NCBI GenBank assembly: GCA_964506805.1 | Contig: CAZDMD010000002.1 | Location: 1-43,921 of the forward strand | Origin: an uncultured Vampirovibrionales bacterium | GTDB lineage: Bacteria; Cyanobacteriota; Vampirovibrionia; Vampirovibrionales; JAJTHC01 | Length of the DNA stretch: 43,921 nucleotides | Direction of reading: 5' to 3' | Part shown: positions 6,633 through 16,600 of the stretch, one piece after another | Numbering within the stretch: the first letter of the stretch is position 1 | Layout of the letters: every line of letters begins with the position of its first letter | Position numbers and translations under genes: made by a program | Notes under the pieces: generated by a model | Told to the model about the DNA's origin: nothing | Seen by the model: only the letters and a program-made list of their open reading frames with translations | Databases searched by the model: none

Positions 6633-7718
6633 GTGTATAAAATACTTTCTCTTTTTACTGGAGCAGGAGGTATGGATATTGGCTTTCATGGTGATTTTTA
6701 TTACCTTGAACAGTTTTATCCTAAACTACCCTTTAAAACTGTTTTTGCGACAGACTATAATCAGGAAGCGATTCAGTCTTTAGAATACAATACCCAATAC
6801 TTTGATTCTAAGACCATTAAAAAACATGCCGATATAACAGAACTATCTATTTTAGATGTTCAACAAAAAGTTGGAGAAGTGGATGTTATTCTAGGCGGTT
6901 TTCCGTGTGTTACTTTTTCGGTGGTAGGTAAACAGGCAGGTATTGAAGACGGTAAAAATGGGCAACTTTACGAAAAATTTGCTCAATATGTTGAGACATT
7001 TAAGCCCAAAGTATTTGTTGCCGAAAATGTGAAGGGGATTCTTTCTGCGAATAAGGGTGAAGCGATTAAAATTATTGAAAAACGTTTTAATCTGGAAGGT
7101 TATAAATTAGAATATCGCCTCGTTAATTTTGCGGATTATGGTGTGCCACAACTCAGAGAACGTGTGGTTTTTGTAGGAACTCGTTTAGATTTAAAGGGAA
7201 ACTTTAATTTCCCTGAACCTTCTCATAAAAATAACCATATCACTGTAGAAGAAGCCTTTAAAAATCTACATCAGACTTTACCCAATAATGAACACTTAAA
7301 ACAACTGAAGAGAACTCAAGAAATTATTGCCGCTATCCCTGAAGGAGGAAATCACTTAGATTTGCCTCCTGAACTCAAAGTAAAAGGTTTGATGTCTAAC
7401 ATCTATAGACGCTTGGACTCTAAAAAGCCTTCTTATACCTTAATTGCATCAGGTGGGGGGGGGACTTGGGGCTACCATTATGCGGAAGCCCGAGCCTTAA
7501 CCAATAGAGAGCGTGCTAGAATACAAGGCTTCCCTGATGATTATGTCTTTCAAGGTAGTACCACAGAAGTACGTCGTCAAATAGGAAATGCAGTACCACC
7601 TGTAGGGATTTATCCGTTTGCCAAATCAGTCAGTCGATTTCTCCAAGAGTCCGAAAGGGAGTCTTGCGAAAGTAGGAACGTCTCAAAAGAGCCTGTTTTA
7701 GCAAAATCAATGGCATAA
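6633..7718 (+). CDS. DNA (cytosine-5)-methyltransferase
   Basis: Motif I LFTGAGGMDIGF, motif IV GGFPCVTFS, motif VI ENV, motif VIII QLRERVVFVG, motif X GNAVPP. GTG start with an AAGGA RBS. The region looks more A+T-rich than its neighbours by eye. Confidence 0.93.
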   Translation: MYKILSLFTGAGGMDIGFHGDFYYLEQFYPKLPFKTVFATDYNQEAIQSLEYNTQYFDSKTIKKHADITELSILDVQQKVGEVDVILGGFPCVTFSVVGKQAGIEDGKNGQLYEKFAQYVETFKPKVFVAENVKGILSANKGEAIKIIEKRFNLEGYKLEYRLVNFADYGVPQLRERVVFVGTRLDLKGNFNFPEPSHKNNHITVEEAFKNLHQTLPNNEHLKQLKRTQEIIAAIPEGGNHLDLPPELKVKGLMSNIYRRLDSKKPSYTLIASGGGGTWGYHYAEARALTNRERARIQGFPDDYVFQGSTTEVRRQIGNAVPPVGIYPFAKSVSRFLQESERESCESRNVSKEPVLAKSMA

Positions 7719-8809
7719 TGGTTTGAATCTAATTTGGTTATTTTAACAGAATCCACCCCTATTGAATCTAAATACGCTCGGGTAATGGGTTGAGGGTTAA
7801 GAGGATTTCTCTTAAAAACCTCATCAAGTAACCATTCCCCTAGTGCTGTATTGGGATCACTCATTAAGGCTTTAGAATTATCTTGACATAATTTACTGGA
7901 TATAAAGCTATTATTGGGTAATTGTAGTTGAAAAGAAGTCTCACGACTTGGAAAAAAGTCTGGTTTTAATTGATGAATCACTTTCGGTACAGGAATGTAA
8001 ACTTCACGATAACTACGTTTACGTCCGCCAGCACACCATTGGTTTAATGCGGATTTTTCTTGTACTTCCCCATATTGTTTAATATGCGTTGAATATAAAG
8101 GAAGGTATAGCTCATCCAACCTTTTAATAGAGGTAGAGGTGAGTATAGCAGAGTATTCAGACTTTTCAAAACATTGTTCTAAAAAAGCGAGTGGACGTTC
8201 AAGGACTTCAACTTCAAGTGTCTCAAGGGCTTCCACAGAATCGAATCGCATTTGTAAAACACTCTTTGAACGATTGAAATTGTACTCTTTTAAACCGTCT
8301 GTAAAAATGAGAGAGCGTTCATCACTTTTTTTGACTTTTAGAGAAGCTGTATGGATGACAGGCATTTCTTGTTCAAAAATTGAAAAAGCCTTAGTCGTCT
8401 TGGTGATGTAATGATAAATAAGACGCTCCAAGCCATACTGTGCTTGCGTAAGGCGAATACGTTCATTACGAGCTTCGGATAAGTATCTCATCAAATCGAG
8501 ATCGTCCAAATCTTTATAAAACTTGCGAGCGGCGTTAAATTCGGCAATTTTTTGATAACACGAGTTTTGATGCAGGAACGTTTTAATGCCCACACCAAGC
8601 CCATTGATGTTGGCATCAGATGTGCTATCATCTCGTGATGTGTTATACGCCTGAAAGGCTTCGCAAAAAACGATTTCAGAGACTCGTGAATCTAAATACA
8701 AATTGCCACTGGTTGTAAAAAGACGACTCAATTTCCCCATAATCGTCAAATAATGTTTATAACGCTTTCGTGTTTCTTCAGGTTGTTTGGTGTAAAACAT
8801 GTCTAGCAC
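7610..8809 (-). CDS. Putative type II restriction endonuclease, partner of the m5C methyltransferase (specificity unknown)
   Basis: About 396-399-aa ORF convergent with the MTase and equally A+T-rich. A possible PD-(D/E)xK-like segment is SDANINGLGVGIKTF. The likely ATG is at 8800, 12 nt after the ileS stop, with a GGGGTGAGGGG purine tract upstream. No family was recognised from memory. Confidence 0.55.
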   Translation of the reverse strand: MLDMFYTKQPEETRKRYKHYLTIMGKLSRLFTTSGNLYLDSRVSEIVFCEAFQAYNTSRDDSTSDANINGLGVGIKTFLHQNSCYQKIAEFNAARKFYKDLDDLDLMRYLSEARNERIRLTQAQYGLERLIYHYITKTTKAFSIFEQEMPVIHTASLKVKKSDERSLIFTDGLKEYNFNRSKSVLQMRFDSVEALETLEVEVLERPLAFLEQCFEKSEYSAILTSTSIKRLDELYLPLYSTHIKQYGEVQEKSALNQWCAGGRKRSYREVYIPVPKVIHQLKPDFFPSRETSFQLQLPNNSFISSKLCQDNSKALMSDPNTALGEWLLDEVFKRNPLNPQPITRAYLDSIGVDSVKITKLDSNHYAIDFAKTGSFETFLLSQDSLSDSWRNRLTDLANG

Positions 8810-8812
8810 CCC

Positions 8813-11734
8813 TCACCCCTGTGTTACGGCGGTGTGGCAGCGGGTGCAAAGGTGGGGGTGATCCGTATAAGCCCCGACGCTTTCCTTATACTGCCAGCAT
8901 CGTTGGCACTTGTCGCCTGTCGCCCTCACAATAAACAACCGATACTCCCCCTCTTCCTCCGACTCCGCCAAAACAGCACGATTCGTGTACATCGCCTCCG
9001 CTTCAGACGCTTGAACCCACTCCACGCCTGACACCAAAAAGAGCATCTCCAGCATGTCTGTATTCAGGGTTTTGAGGAAATCCCAGTTGGCACTCAAGGG
9101 CTGAATCATCACGCCTGCTTCCAGCGAAGAACCAATCTCTTCTTGCGATCGTGCCTCTTCAAGCCCTGCATTGATGCTTTCACGCAACATCAACAAGGCT
9201 TCAAAGGAACGGCTTTCCGCTTCAGGGAGCGTCCATTCCGCAGGCAAATCAGGCCAGCCCGCGAGTAGAATTGAAACAGGTACGCCACCCTCTAAGCCGA
9301 AATCAGGCTTCTGTTCATCAGGCCAATGACTCCAAATATCTTCCGCCATGTGGGGCATCACAGGGATAATCACACGGCTTAAGGTGCTTAAAATGTGATA
9401 CAACACGCTTTGAATCGCCAAACGACGAGGGTCTTTAACGTCGTTGCAATACAGCACATCTTTCACGACATCAAAATAAAGCGACGACAACTCCACCACG
9501 CACAAGTTTTGCAGTAACTGATAAAAACGATGAAACTCATAGCGTTCAAAGGCCTGTTCAAGGGCTTCGGTTACCAGTTTTAAACGATGCAAAACGTAAG
9601 TATCCAAGGGACTCAACTGCTCATACGGCACGAGTTCGCTTTGAGGCTGAAACCCATTGAGATTCCCAATCAAGAAGCGACAGGTATTGCGGATTTTACG
9701 ATAAATATCCCCGAGTTGCTTGAGCGTTCCGCCCCCAATTTTCACATCGTTGGTGTAGTCCACCGATGCCACCCAAAGGCGAAGGACATCCGCCCCATAC
9801 TCACGCATGACGGTGTTGGGGTCAATCACATTGCCTAAGGATTTACTCATTTTGCGTCCGTTTTCATCCAAGACGAAACCATGTGTTAAAACCGCCTTGT
9901 AGGGTGCTTTTTCCCTTAGCATCACACTTGTCAACAAAGACGACTGAAACCAGCCTCGATGCTGATCGCTCCCTTCGAGGTAGAGATCTGCAGGCAAGCC
10001 CCCTAGCTCTTCTTGACGAGCCTCGACCACAGCGGTATGGCTCACCCCTGAATCGAACCACACATCCATGACATCCGCTTCTTTTTTAAAGGTGGTATTG
10101 CCACAGTTGGAACAGCTTAAACGCCCTTGAATGAAATGTTCGGCGTCATATTTTTCCCACGCATCACTGCTTTCTTGACGAAAAACCTCCGCCACCCAAG
10201 CGGTGGTTTCTTGCGTGAGATGCACGGTGCCACATTTTTCACAATAAAAGGCAGGAATCGGTACACCCCACACCCGTTGACGACTAATACACCACTCAGG
10301 GCGGTTGGCAACCATGGTGGTGATGCGAGACTCACCACGAGCAGGAATCCACTGCACGTCTTTAATTTCAGCAAGAGCGGTGTCTCGAAAGGCATCGACT
10401 TGAATGAACCACTGCTCGGTGGCTCTAAAAATCACAGGGGCATGACTCCGCCAACTATGGGGATAACTATGCTTAAACGTCCCGTTCCAAATCAAGCACT
10501 GATGCTCTTTCATTAAGTCTAATAAAATCCAGTTGGCTTTTTCGTAAAAAATACCTACGACTGCTTCAGGGATGCCCACTTCCGCTTTGAATTTCCCTTG
10601 CTCATCCACAGGCGAAATAATGGGAAGGGGAGTCTCTTTTAGCTCATTTCGGTTGTATTGCTTCACCGCAAAGAAGTCATCGGGGCCATGCCCTGGCGCA
10701 ATGTGAACGATGCCTGTTCCAGCATCCGTGCTTACAAAATCTGCCGAAAGGACGACCGAATCCCGCTCCACAAAAGGATGCCGAACGACTAATCCTTTTA
10801 GCACATCCCCTTTAAAAGTGGCGATTGGCGTTAAAAATTGCCCTTCAGCTACCGCAAATTTAGAAGCTAATACCTCTAATAAATCCACCGCCACGACGCA
10901 TTTGCCGTGCGTTAAGGTATTCACCACCGCATAATCGACGTGTTCATGCACGGCTAACGCCACGTTAGAAGGCATCGTCCAAGGGGTGGTCGTCCAAATG
11001 ACTAACGACGCATCGCTTAAAGCCTCCACGAGTTCATCAGGCACAGCTTGCCCGAATCGTTTCTCAAGCGTCAGGAGCTTAAACGCCACATAAATACTAT
11101 GACTTTCATGATCTTCATATTCGATTTCGGCTTCCGCCATTGCGGATTCACTGATCGGACACCAGTAAACAGGTTTTAATCCCTTATAAACGTAGCCTTT
11201 TTCAACCATTTTCGCAAAAAGTTCAATTTGCTTGGCTTCAAACTCCGCGTCAATCGTAATATAGGGCTTGTCCCAATTGCCCATCACACCTAAGCGTTTG
11301 AAGTTGGTTTCCTGCCCCTTTAGGTTTGCTAAGGCAAAGGATCGGCATTTTTCACGCAATTCAAGTGAAGAGACGGCTCGTCTGCCGCCTTTGATTTTCT
11401 TTTCCACGGCGGCTTCAATGGGTAAGCCGTGTCCGTCGTATCCTGGTACATAGGGGGCATAATAGCCTTTTTGGGTCTTATAACGCACGACAATATCTTT
11501 TAAAATTTTATTTAAAGCGGTGCCGATGTGGATTTTATCGCTGGACAAATAGGGGGGACCGTCATGCAAGATGAATCGTTTGTTTTTGTCTTTAGACGCT
11601 AGATTTTGTTCATAAACGGCTTCTTCCTCCCAAAAGGCTTGGATTTCAGGCTCACGAGTCGCTGCCCCTGCACGCATGGGGAAGCTGGTTTGAGGAAGGC
11701 TTAAAGAATCTTTATAGTTTACATCTTGCATCAC
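8813..11734 (-). CDS. ileS: Isoleucine--tRNA ligase
   Basis: HIGH-type motif (PPYLSSDKIHIGTALNK), KMSKS motif (GRKMSKSLGN), C-terminal Cys4 zinc knuckle (CQRCW...CTRC). 973 aa. Confidence 0.97.
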   Translation of the reverse strand: MMQDVNYKDSLSLPQTSFPMRAGAATREPEIQAFWEEEAVYEQNLASKDKNKRFILHDGPPYLSSDKIHIGTALNKILKDIVVRYKTQKGYYAPYVPGYDGHGLPIEAAVEKKIKGGRRAVSSLELREKCRSFALANLKGQETNFKRLGVMGNWDKPYITIDAEFEAKQIELFAKMVEKGYVYKGLKPVYWCPISESAMAEAEIEYEDHESHSIYVAFKLLTLEKRFGQAVPDELVEALSDASLVIWTTTPWTMPSNVALAVHEHVDYAVVNTLTHGKCVVAVDLLEVLASKFAVAEGQFLTPIATFKGDVLKGLVVRHPFVERDSVVLSADFVSTDAGTGIVHIAPGHGPDDFFAVKQYNRNELKETPLPIISPVDEQGKFKAEVGIPEAVVGIFYEKANWILLDLMKEHQCLIWNGTFKHSYPHSWRSHAPVIFRATEQWFIQVDAFRDTALAEIKDVQWIPARGESRITTMVANRPEWCISRQRVWGVPIPAFYCEKCGTVHLTQETTAWVAEVFRQESSDAWEKYDAEHFIQGRLSCSNCGNTTFKKEADVMDVWFDSGVSHTAVVEARQEELGGLPADLYLEGSDQHRGWFQSSLLTSVMLREKAPYKAVLTHGFVLDENGRKMSKSLGNVIDPNTVMREYGADVLRLWVASVDYTNDVKIGGGTLKQLGDIYRKIRNTCRFLIGNLNGFQPQSELVPYEQLSPLDTYVLHRLKLVTEALEQAFERYEFHRFYQLLQNLCVVELSSLYFDVVKDVLYCNDVKDPRRLAIQSVLYHILSTLSRVIIPVMPHMAEDIWSHWPDEQKPDFGLEGGVPVSILLAGWPDLPAEWTLPEAESRSFEALLMLRESINAGLEEARSQEEIGSSLEAGVMIQPLSANWDFLKTLNTDMLEMLFLVSGVEWVQASEAEAMYTNRAVLAESEEEGEYRLFIVRATGDKCQRCWQYKESVGAYTDHPHLCTRCHTAVTQG

Positions 11735-12136
11735 AACAGGGGATTTCCTTACAACTATTTTAGGATACGCACTTCTTCAATTTCTCATAAAAAGGGGGGA
11801 ATGGCAAGAATCGCTCCATGAAAGGCACGACATCTCTTTTTTCAAAAATTGTCAAAATAAACATGACAGGTTTTCAATTTTAGTTTATACTATGTAACAT
11901 AGTGAAACATAAATGAATAAGGTGATGTTAATTAAGTCTTATGCTCTGTATCAATAAATGAGTTTTATAGATATAAAATTAAAATCCAGGCGTATCAAGC
12001 CTCACGTTGTTTAAGTTATCTTTCACCAGTTTTGAATTAGGGTTAAGTTCCATTGTTTAAGGGATGCAGAAATAAGGCGAATGCCTTCATTCTGTTTAGA
12101 AAGGCTCTTAAGCACTTGCGATTAAAAACCATGCAC

Positions 12137-12145
12137 TGTTATGCT
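12137..12145 (+). promoter_or_regulatory. Candidate extended -10 promoter (TGtTATGCT) for the response-regulator gene
   Basis: TGn plus TATGCT, 31 nt upstream of ATG 12176. No clear -35 element. Confidence 0.3.
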
Positions 12146-12175
12146 TTAATTAAATGAGATAGGATTTAGAACATT

Positions 12176-12976
12176 ATGTTGCATTCACTCGATGAATTAG
12201 ACACGCCCGAAGAAACCAGCCGTTCGGAACGTATTTTAATTGTGGATGATGAAGTCAGTATTCGTCGAATCCTAGAAACTCGCTTTAAGATGCTAGGCTT
12301 TGATACCGCTTCCGCAGGGGATGGGGAAGAAGCACTTCATATGTTTGAACGCTTTAATCCTGATATTGTGGTCTTGGATATTATGATGCCCAAAATTGAT
12401 GGGTATGGGGTTACCAAGCACATCCGTAGCCATAGCGATACCCCGATTATCTTGCTCACCGCTTTAGGTGATGTGGGAGAACGCATTCAAGGGCTTGAAC
12501 TCGGGGCGGATGATTACGTCGTCAAACCCTTCAGTCCGAAAGAGTTAGAAGCTCGTGTGAAAACCATTTTAAGACGTGTGAACGCACATCCTATCCCTAA
12601 TGCGTCGTGTGGAACTGAGGTGTTGTCTGAAAATGGGACTGTTTCATCTACTAATGCAAACGGCTTAGGGATTATACAGATTGCGGGTGTCAAAATTGAT
12701 TTTGTGAAGCGTCAAGTGTTTCGCCAAAATGAACGAATTCGTTTAACAGGTATGGAGTTTTGCTTGCTTGAGTTGCTTGCGTCTCATTCAGGACAACCCT
12801 TTAGCCGAGCCGATATTCTTCAGCATGTGTGGAACTATCCTTCCGATCAGCGGATTGATACTCGGGTGGTGGATGTGCATGTGAGTCGTTTGCGTGAAAA
12901 GTTGGAGTTGGATAAAGCGAATCCTGAACTCATTTTAACGGCTCGTGGGATTGGCTATATGTTTCAAAAACTCTAG
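12176..12976 (+). CDS. rpaB: OmpR-family response regulator, RpaB/Ycf27-like
   Basis: Long stretches match cyanobacterial RpaB from memory: ILIVDDEVSIRRILETR, MMPKIDGYGV, ILLTALGDV..RIQGLELGADDYVVKPFSPKELEARV, ERIRLTGMEF.LLELL, DTRVVDVH.SRLR.KLE...NPELILTARG.GY.FQ. The inter-domain linker is unusually long. Confidence 0.85.
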   Translation: MLHSLDELDTPEETSRSERILIVDDEVSIRRILETRFKMLGFDTASAGDGEEALHMFERFNPDIVVLDIMMPKIDGYGVTKHIRSHSDTPIILLTALGDVGERIQGLELGADDYVVKPFSPKELEARVKTILRRVNAHPIPNASCGTEVLSENGTVSSTNANGLGIIQIAGVKIDFVKRQVFRQNERIRLTGMEFCLLELLASHSGQPFSRADILQHVWNYPSDQRIDTRVVDVHVSRLREKLELDKANPELILTARGIGYMFQKL

Positions 12977-13039
12977 TTTGTGCTATACTCCTTTTGTGGT
13001 GTTGAACGCTTTGTTCTATTTATTGTGAAGGAATTGAGT

Positions 13040-13165
13040 ATGAATCGTCAAGGTGCGGACAAAAACTTATTGATTCTGTTTCCCCTTATTTTTATTGCCG
13101 TTATGGTCGTATTTATGCTTTTGGTGTGGGCATTTCAAAAGTATGTAATGCCGTTATTTGCATAG
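13040..13165 (+). CDS. Possible small single-pass membrane protein (41 aa)
   Basis: ATG preceded by an AAGGA RBS. One hydrophobic helix, LLILFPLIFIAVMVVFMLLVWAF. No homology recognised. Confidence 0.3.
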   Translation: MNRQGADKNLLILFPLIFIAVMVVFMLLVWAFQKYVMPLFA

Positions 13166-13233
13166 AAGCGTTTTAGTTTTTCAACGACAATTATCAAACG
13201 TCCCCCTTCCTAAAATAATACTGGAAATGCTTT

Positions 13234-13515
13234 ATGTTTTTACTTAAACTGCTTACCACGCTCTTTAAACCGTTCATGTTGCTTGCTTCTACTTTTTACA
13301 AGCTCATGAATGCAGGTGAAAAACTGCTTTCTATTTTAGGAGGTCTCTGTTTCTTGTTGGCTTTGTGGAAGTCGCCTCGATTATTTTGGCTAGGCTTAGC
13401 GGTCGTTTTCTTGGGGAAATCGCTTAAGCGTCATGCCACGCCTGAAAATTGGCAAACGCATGGTCGTCCTGCCCTTAAAAAAGGGTTGCTTACGGTGATG
13501 GATTCTGTTTTATAA
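13234..13515 (+). CDS. Hypothetical small membrane protein
   Basis: 93-aa ORF with two or three hydrophobic segments. No motif recognised. Confidence 0.4.
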   Translation: MFLLKLLTTLFKPFMLLASTFYKLMNAGEKLLSILGGLCFLLALWKSPRLFWLGLAVVFLGKSLKRHATPENWQTHGRPALKKGLLTVMDSVL

Positions 13516-13522
13516 ATTCTCT

Positions 13523-13671
13523 CGGAATCATCCCTTTAAGTACATATCGTCATTCTGAACGCATGTGAAGAATCTCCTAAGCTGGAAAGCGAATCCAATT
13601 AAGAGGATTGCCACGCCTAACGGCTCGCAATGACGACATAATTCTATTATGTACTTGTGGGGATTATTCCG
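13523..13671. repeat. Composite imperfect palindromic element filling the gap between convergent genes
   Basis: The left arm CGGAATCATCCC..AAGTACAT.TCGTCATT pairs with the right arm AATGACGA..ATGTACTT..GGGATTATTCCG. Internal motifs are TCATTCTGAACGCATGTGAAGAATCTCC and GATTGCCACGCCTAACGGCTCGCAATGACG. One 26-nt motif recurs at 26249. Confidence 0.7.
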
Positions 13672-13677
13672 AATTCT

Positions 13678-16600
13678 CTAATCAAGCGAAAGAATGTCTT
13701 TTAAGTCGTCAAAACTGATTTTCTTACTAATGGAACGATCCGCTGAAATGACGCTATCGACTAAATCTCGCTTCTGTGATTTTAACTGCATGATTCGCTC
13801 TTCTACGGTACTGCGTGCAATCAAACGATACACAAAGACGCTCTTGGTTTGCCCAATACGGTGAACCCGATCGGTGGCTTGATCTTCTGCGGCGGGATTC
13901 CACCACGGATCGTAATGCACCACCATATCCGCCCCTGTTAGGTTTAAGCCTGTGCCTCCTGCTTTTAAGGAGACTAAAAAGACTTTAATCGATTCATCCT
14001 GATTAAAGCGATCCACCCGATCTTGACGATCTTCGGTTTTGGTTTGCCCTGTGAGAATCTCGTAGCGAATCCCTTTTTGTTTGAGCCAGTTTTCCGCAAT
14101 TTTAAGCATCTGCACAAATTGACTAAACAATAGAATGCGATGCCCATTTTCAATGGCATTTTCCAACAATTCTTTTAAGAGTTCAAACTTGCCTGATTCG
14201 TGCAAGCCCCCTGACAATTCATTCCCCACTAATGAGGAATGGTTACACACTTGACGAAGCTTAGTCAACGCCGCAAAAACATGTTGCTGGTTGATTTTAC
14301 CGCCTTTGGCAATGGCTTCTTCCATGAGTTCTTCTCGGGCTTTTTCCAGGACATCCAAGTACAGCTGGCGTTGATTATCCGTTAAATCGCAATACAGCAC
14401 TTGTTCCATTTTAGGCGGTAAATCTTTCAAAACATCTCGCTTCATACGACGCAAAATAAAGGGAGACACCTGCTTCTTGAGTCGATGCCCCATATCCAAA
14501 TTACCACGCTCTTCAATGGGTTGAATGTAGCGACGACGAAAATCGTCAAAATCTTCCAAAAATCCCGGCATTAAAAAGTCAAAGACGCTCCACAGTTCGC
14601 TGAGGCGATTTTCAATCGGGGTGCCAGAAAGAGCAATACGGTGCTGAGACTGCAACATCTTCGCCGCCACTGCGGTTTGAGAGGTCATGTTTTTAATGTT
14701 TTGCGATTCATCTAAAATCGCAAAACGGAAGGCATAATCCTTAATCGCATTGATGTCTCGTCTTAAAATGGCGTAACTGGTAATGACAATATCCGCTTCT
14801 TTGATTTTTTGATAATGGTCGTAACGATCTGTGCCTGTTAAGTCAATGACGTTTAAATCAGGGGTAAAACGCCCGATTTCATTTTGCCAGTTACGCACGA
14901 GTGTCGTAGGGCAAACAATAATAGAAGGGAATTGTCCGTGCTTATTGCGTGCTTGTTGTACGGCAACCAGTGCTTGCAAGGTTTTACCTAAGCCCATGTC
15001 ATCTGCCAAAATGCCGTTCAGCCCGTAAGAATACAGGAACCACAACCACTGAAAGCCTCGTTCTTGATACGGACGCAGAGATGCCTGCACGTTTTCAGGG
15101 ACGTTTAATTCTTCCATGGGTTTGCCTGCGGTCATAATATCCCAAAAGCGTTGGAACTTTTTGGACATATCCAGCTTGACTTTGGCATCCGTCAGCTCCA
15201 TGAGCAAACCTGCTTTATAGGTGGGGATTTTATAAAAATCGGTTTCAAGCGTTTCAGGTTCAAAGGCTTGAATCGTTCGTCCTACCGCCAGTAGCGTATG
15301 CAAGGGAACTTCCACGAAACCTGTTCCCTGTATGTAAAAATACTTCTTGCCCGCCACCATTTGCTTCTGCACTTCCGTCATGGAAATGACCTTATTCCCG
15401 AGGCGTGCTTCCAAACGCAAGGTGAAAAACGTAACCGACTCATCAAACTCAAGACGTGCCACAATTTGCAAGGGATGCCGAGACGCTTGCAAAAGCGACA
15501 TATCCTGCGGATTCAACATGTTGATATTCCAGCCTTCTTTTTCCCAACGGGGCAAATACACGTTGTATAAATCCACCGCTTCATCGCCTTCTGCCATTAA
15601 AGCATCTGCCGGCATGAGTTGAGAAGAGGCTCGATTCACACGCTCATACGCCGATTCTTCAAAATCAAAGTGTCGTTTATGCCACGTCGTCTTATTCTTC
15701 TTTTTATTGGTAGACGCCAAATAAGGGGCTTGTTTTGTTTTTTTAGAATACGCAATGCGTGTTTTGTCATAATTAAAGTGCAGTACCAAGCGAAGACGCA
15801 TGGCAGCTTGATCCAACATCTCAATGTTCAGGGACGGTGTAGGGAGATTCGACATTTTTTTCAGAGCATCCGCCACGTTACTATCGTCAATCGGGAGCAA
15901 CTTCCGCAAGTTCGGCAAGACTTCAAAGAGAAAAGGCCCACAGTCTTGCATCGGGACATCCGTAAACGTGCCACGTTTTAAGGCTTTCGGGAGCTTACCC
16001 AAAACGGGCAGGACGGGATAAATTCGCTGCAAGTGCTTGCCCCAACTCGCTTGTGGATCAAGCAGTTCCAACTCTTCTAGGGGCAGGACTTGCAAGGCAT
16101 TTTTCGTGGTATGACTGACGCTTAAGTCCAGTTCGGAGGCGAATTGACACCAGTGCATCGCAAGGGTGATTTGTCCATTCGTGTTTTGGTTGATTTCCAG
16201 TAACGGCGTAAGGGGCAAGGCTTCAACAGCGAGACGCATCCCACGTTCATCTACGACTTCTTCGCAATGACTCAAGGTTTCAAACAAGTCGGGGAACGCC
16301 TCAAACGGCACCAGCATCCAGCCGTTATTGGTTACTTGGGTAATACGGTGCTTTTCTAAAAACTGCAGTACGGCAATATCACGTCGTCCTTCAGGGACTT
16401 GCGTCCACGGCGTGCCGTCAGGATATTCCGCTGTCATCGCTCGACGCAAGAGCTTGGCAGGATTTGCCGTCCACGCATCTCGTTCACGCTCAATCAAGCG
16501 TACACCAATGCCTTTGGACTTATTGTAGCCCATGTGAAGCTGTATTTTTAAAATCCCCATGGGGTGCTTAATGGGTCGTAAATCTGCTTCTTCTTCAGGC

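Noticed and set aside
11735-12175. A T-box or other leader upstream of ileS, and sigma-70 promoters in the 441-bp divergent region.
   Set aside because: No T-box core (AATTAGGGTGGTACCGCG-like) is visible on the ileS strand. An ATGACA-N17-TATACT match exists near 11863-11893, but it lies about 280 nt from the nearest plus-strand start and is unsupported.
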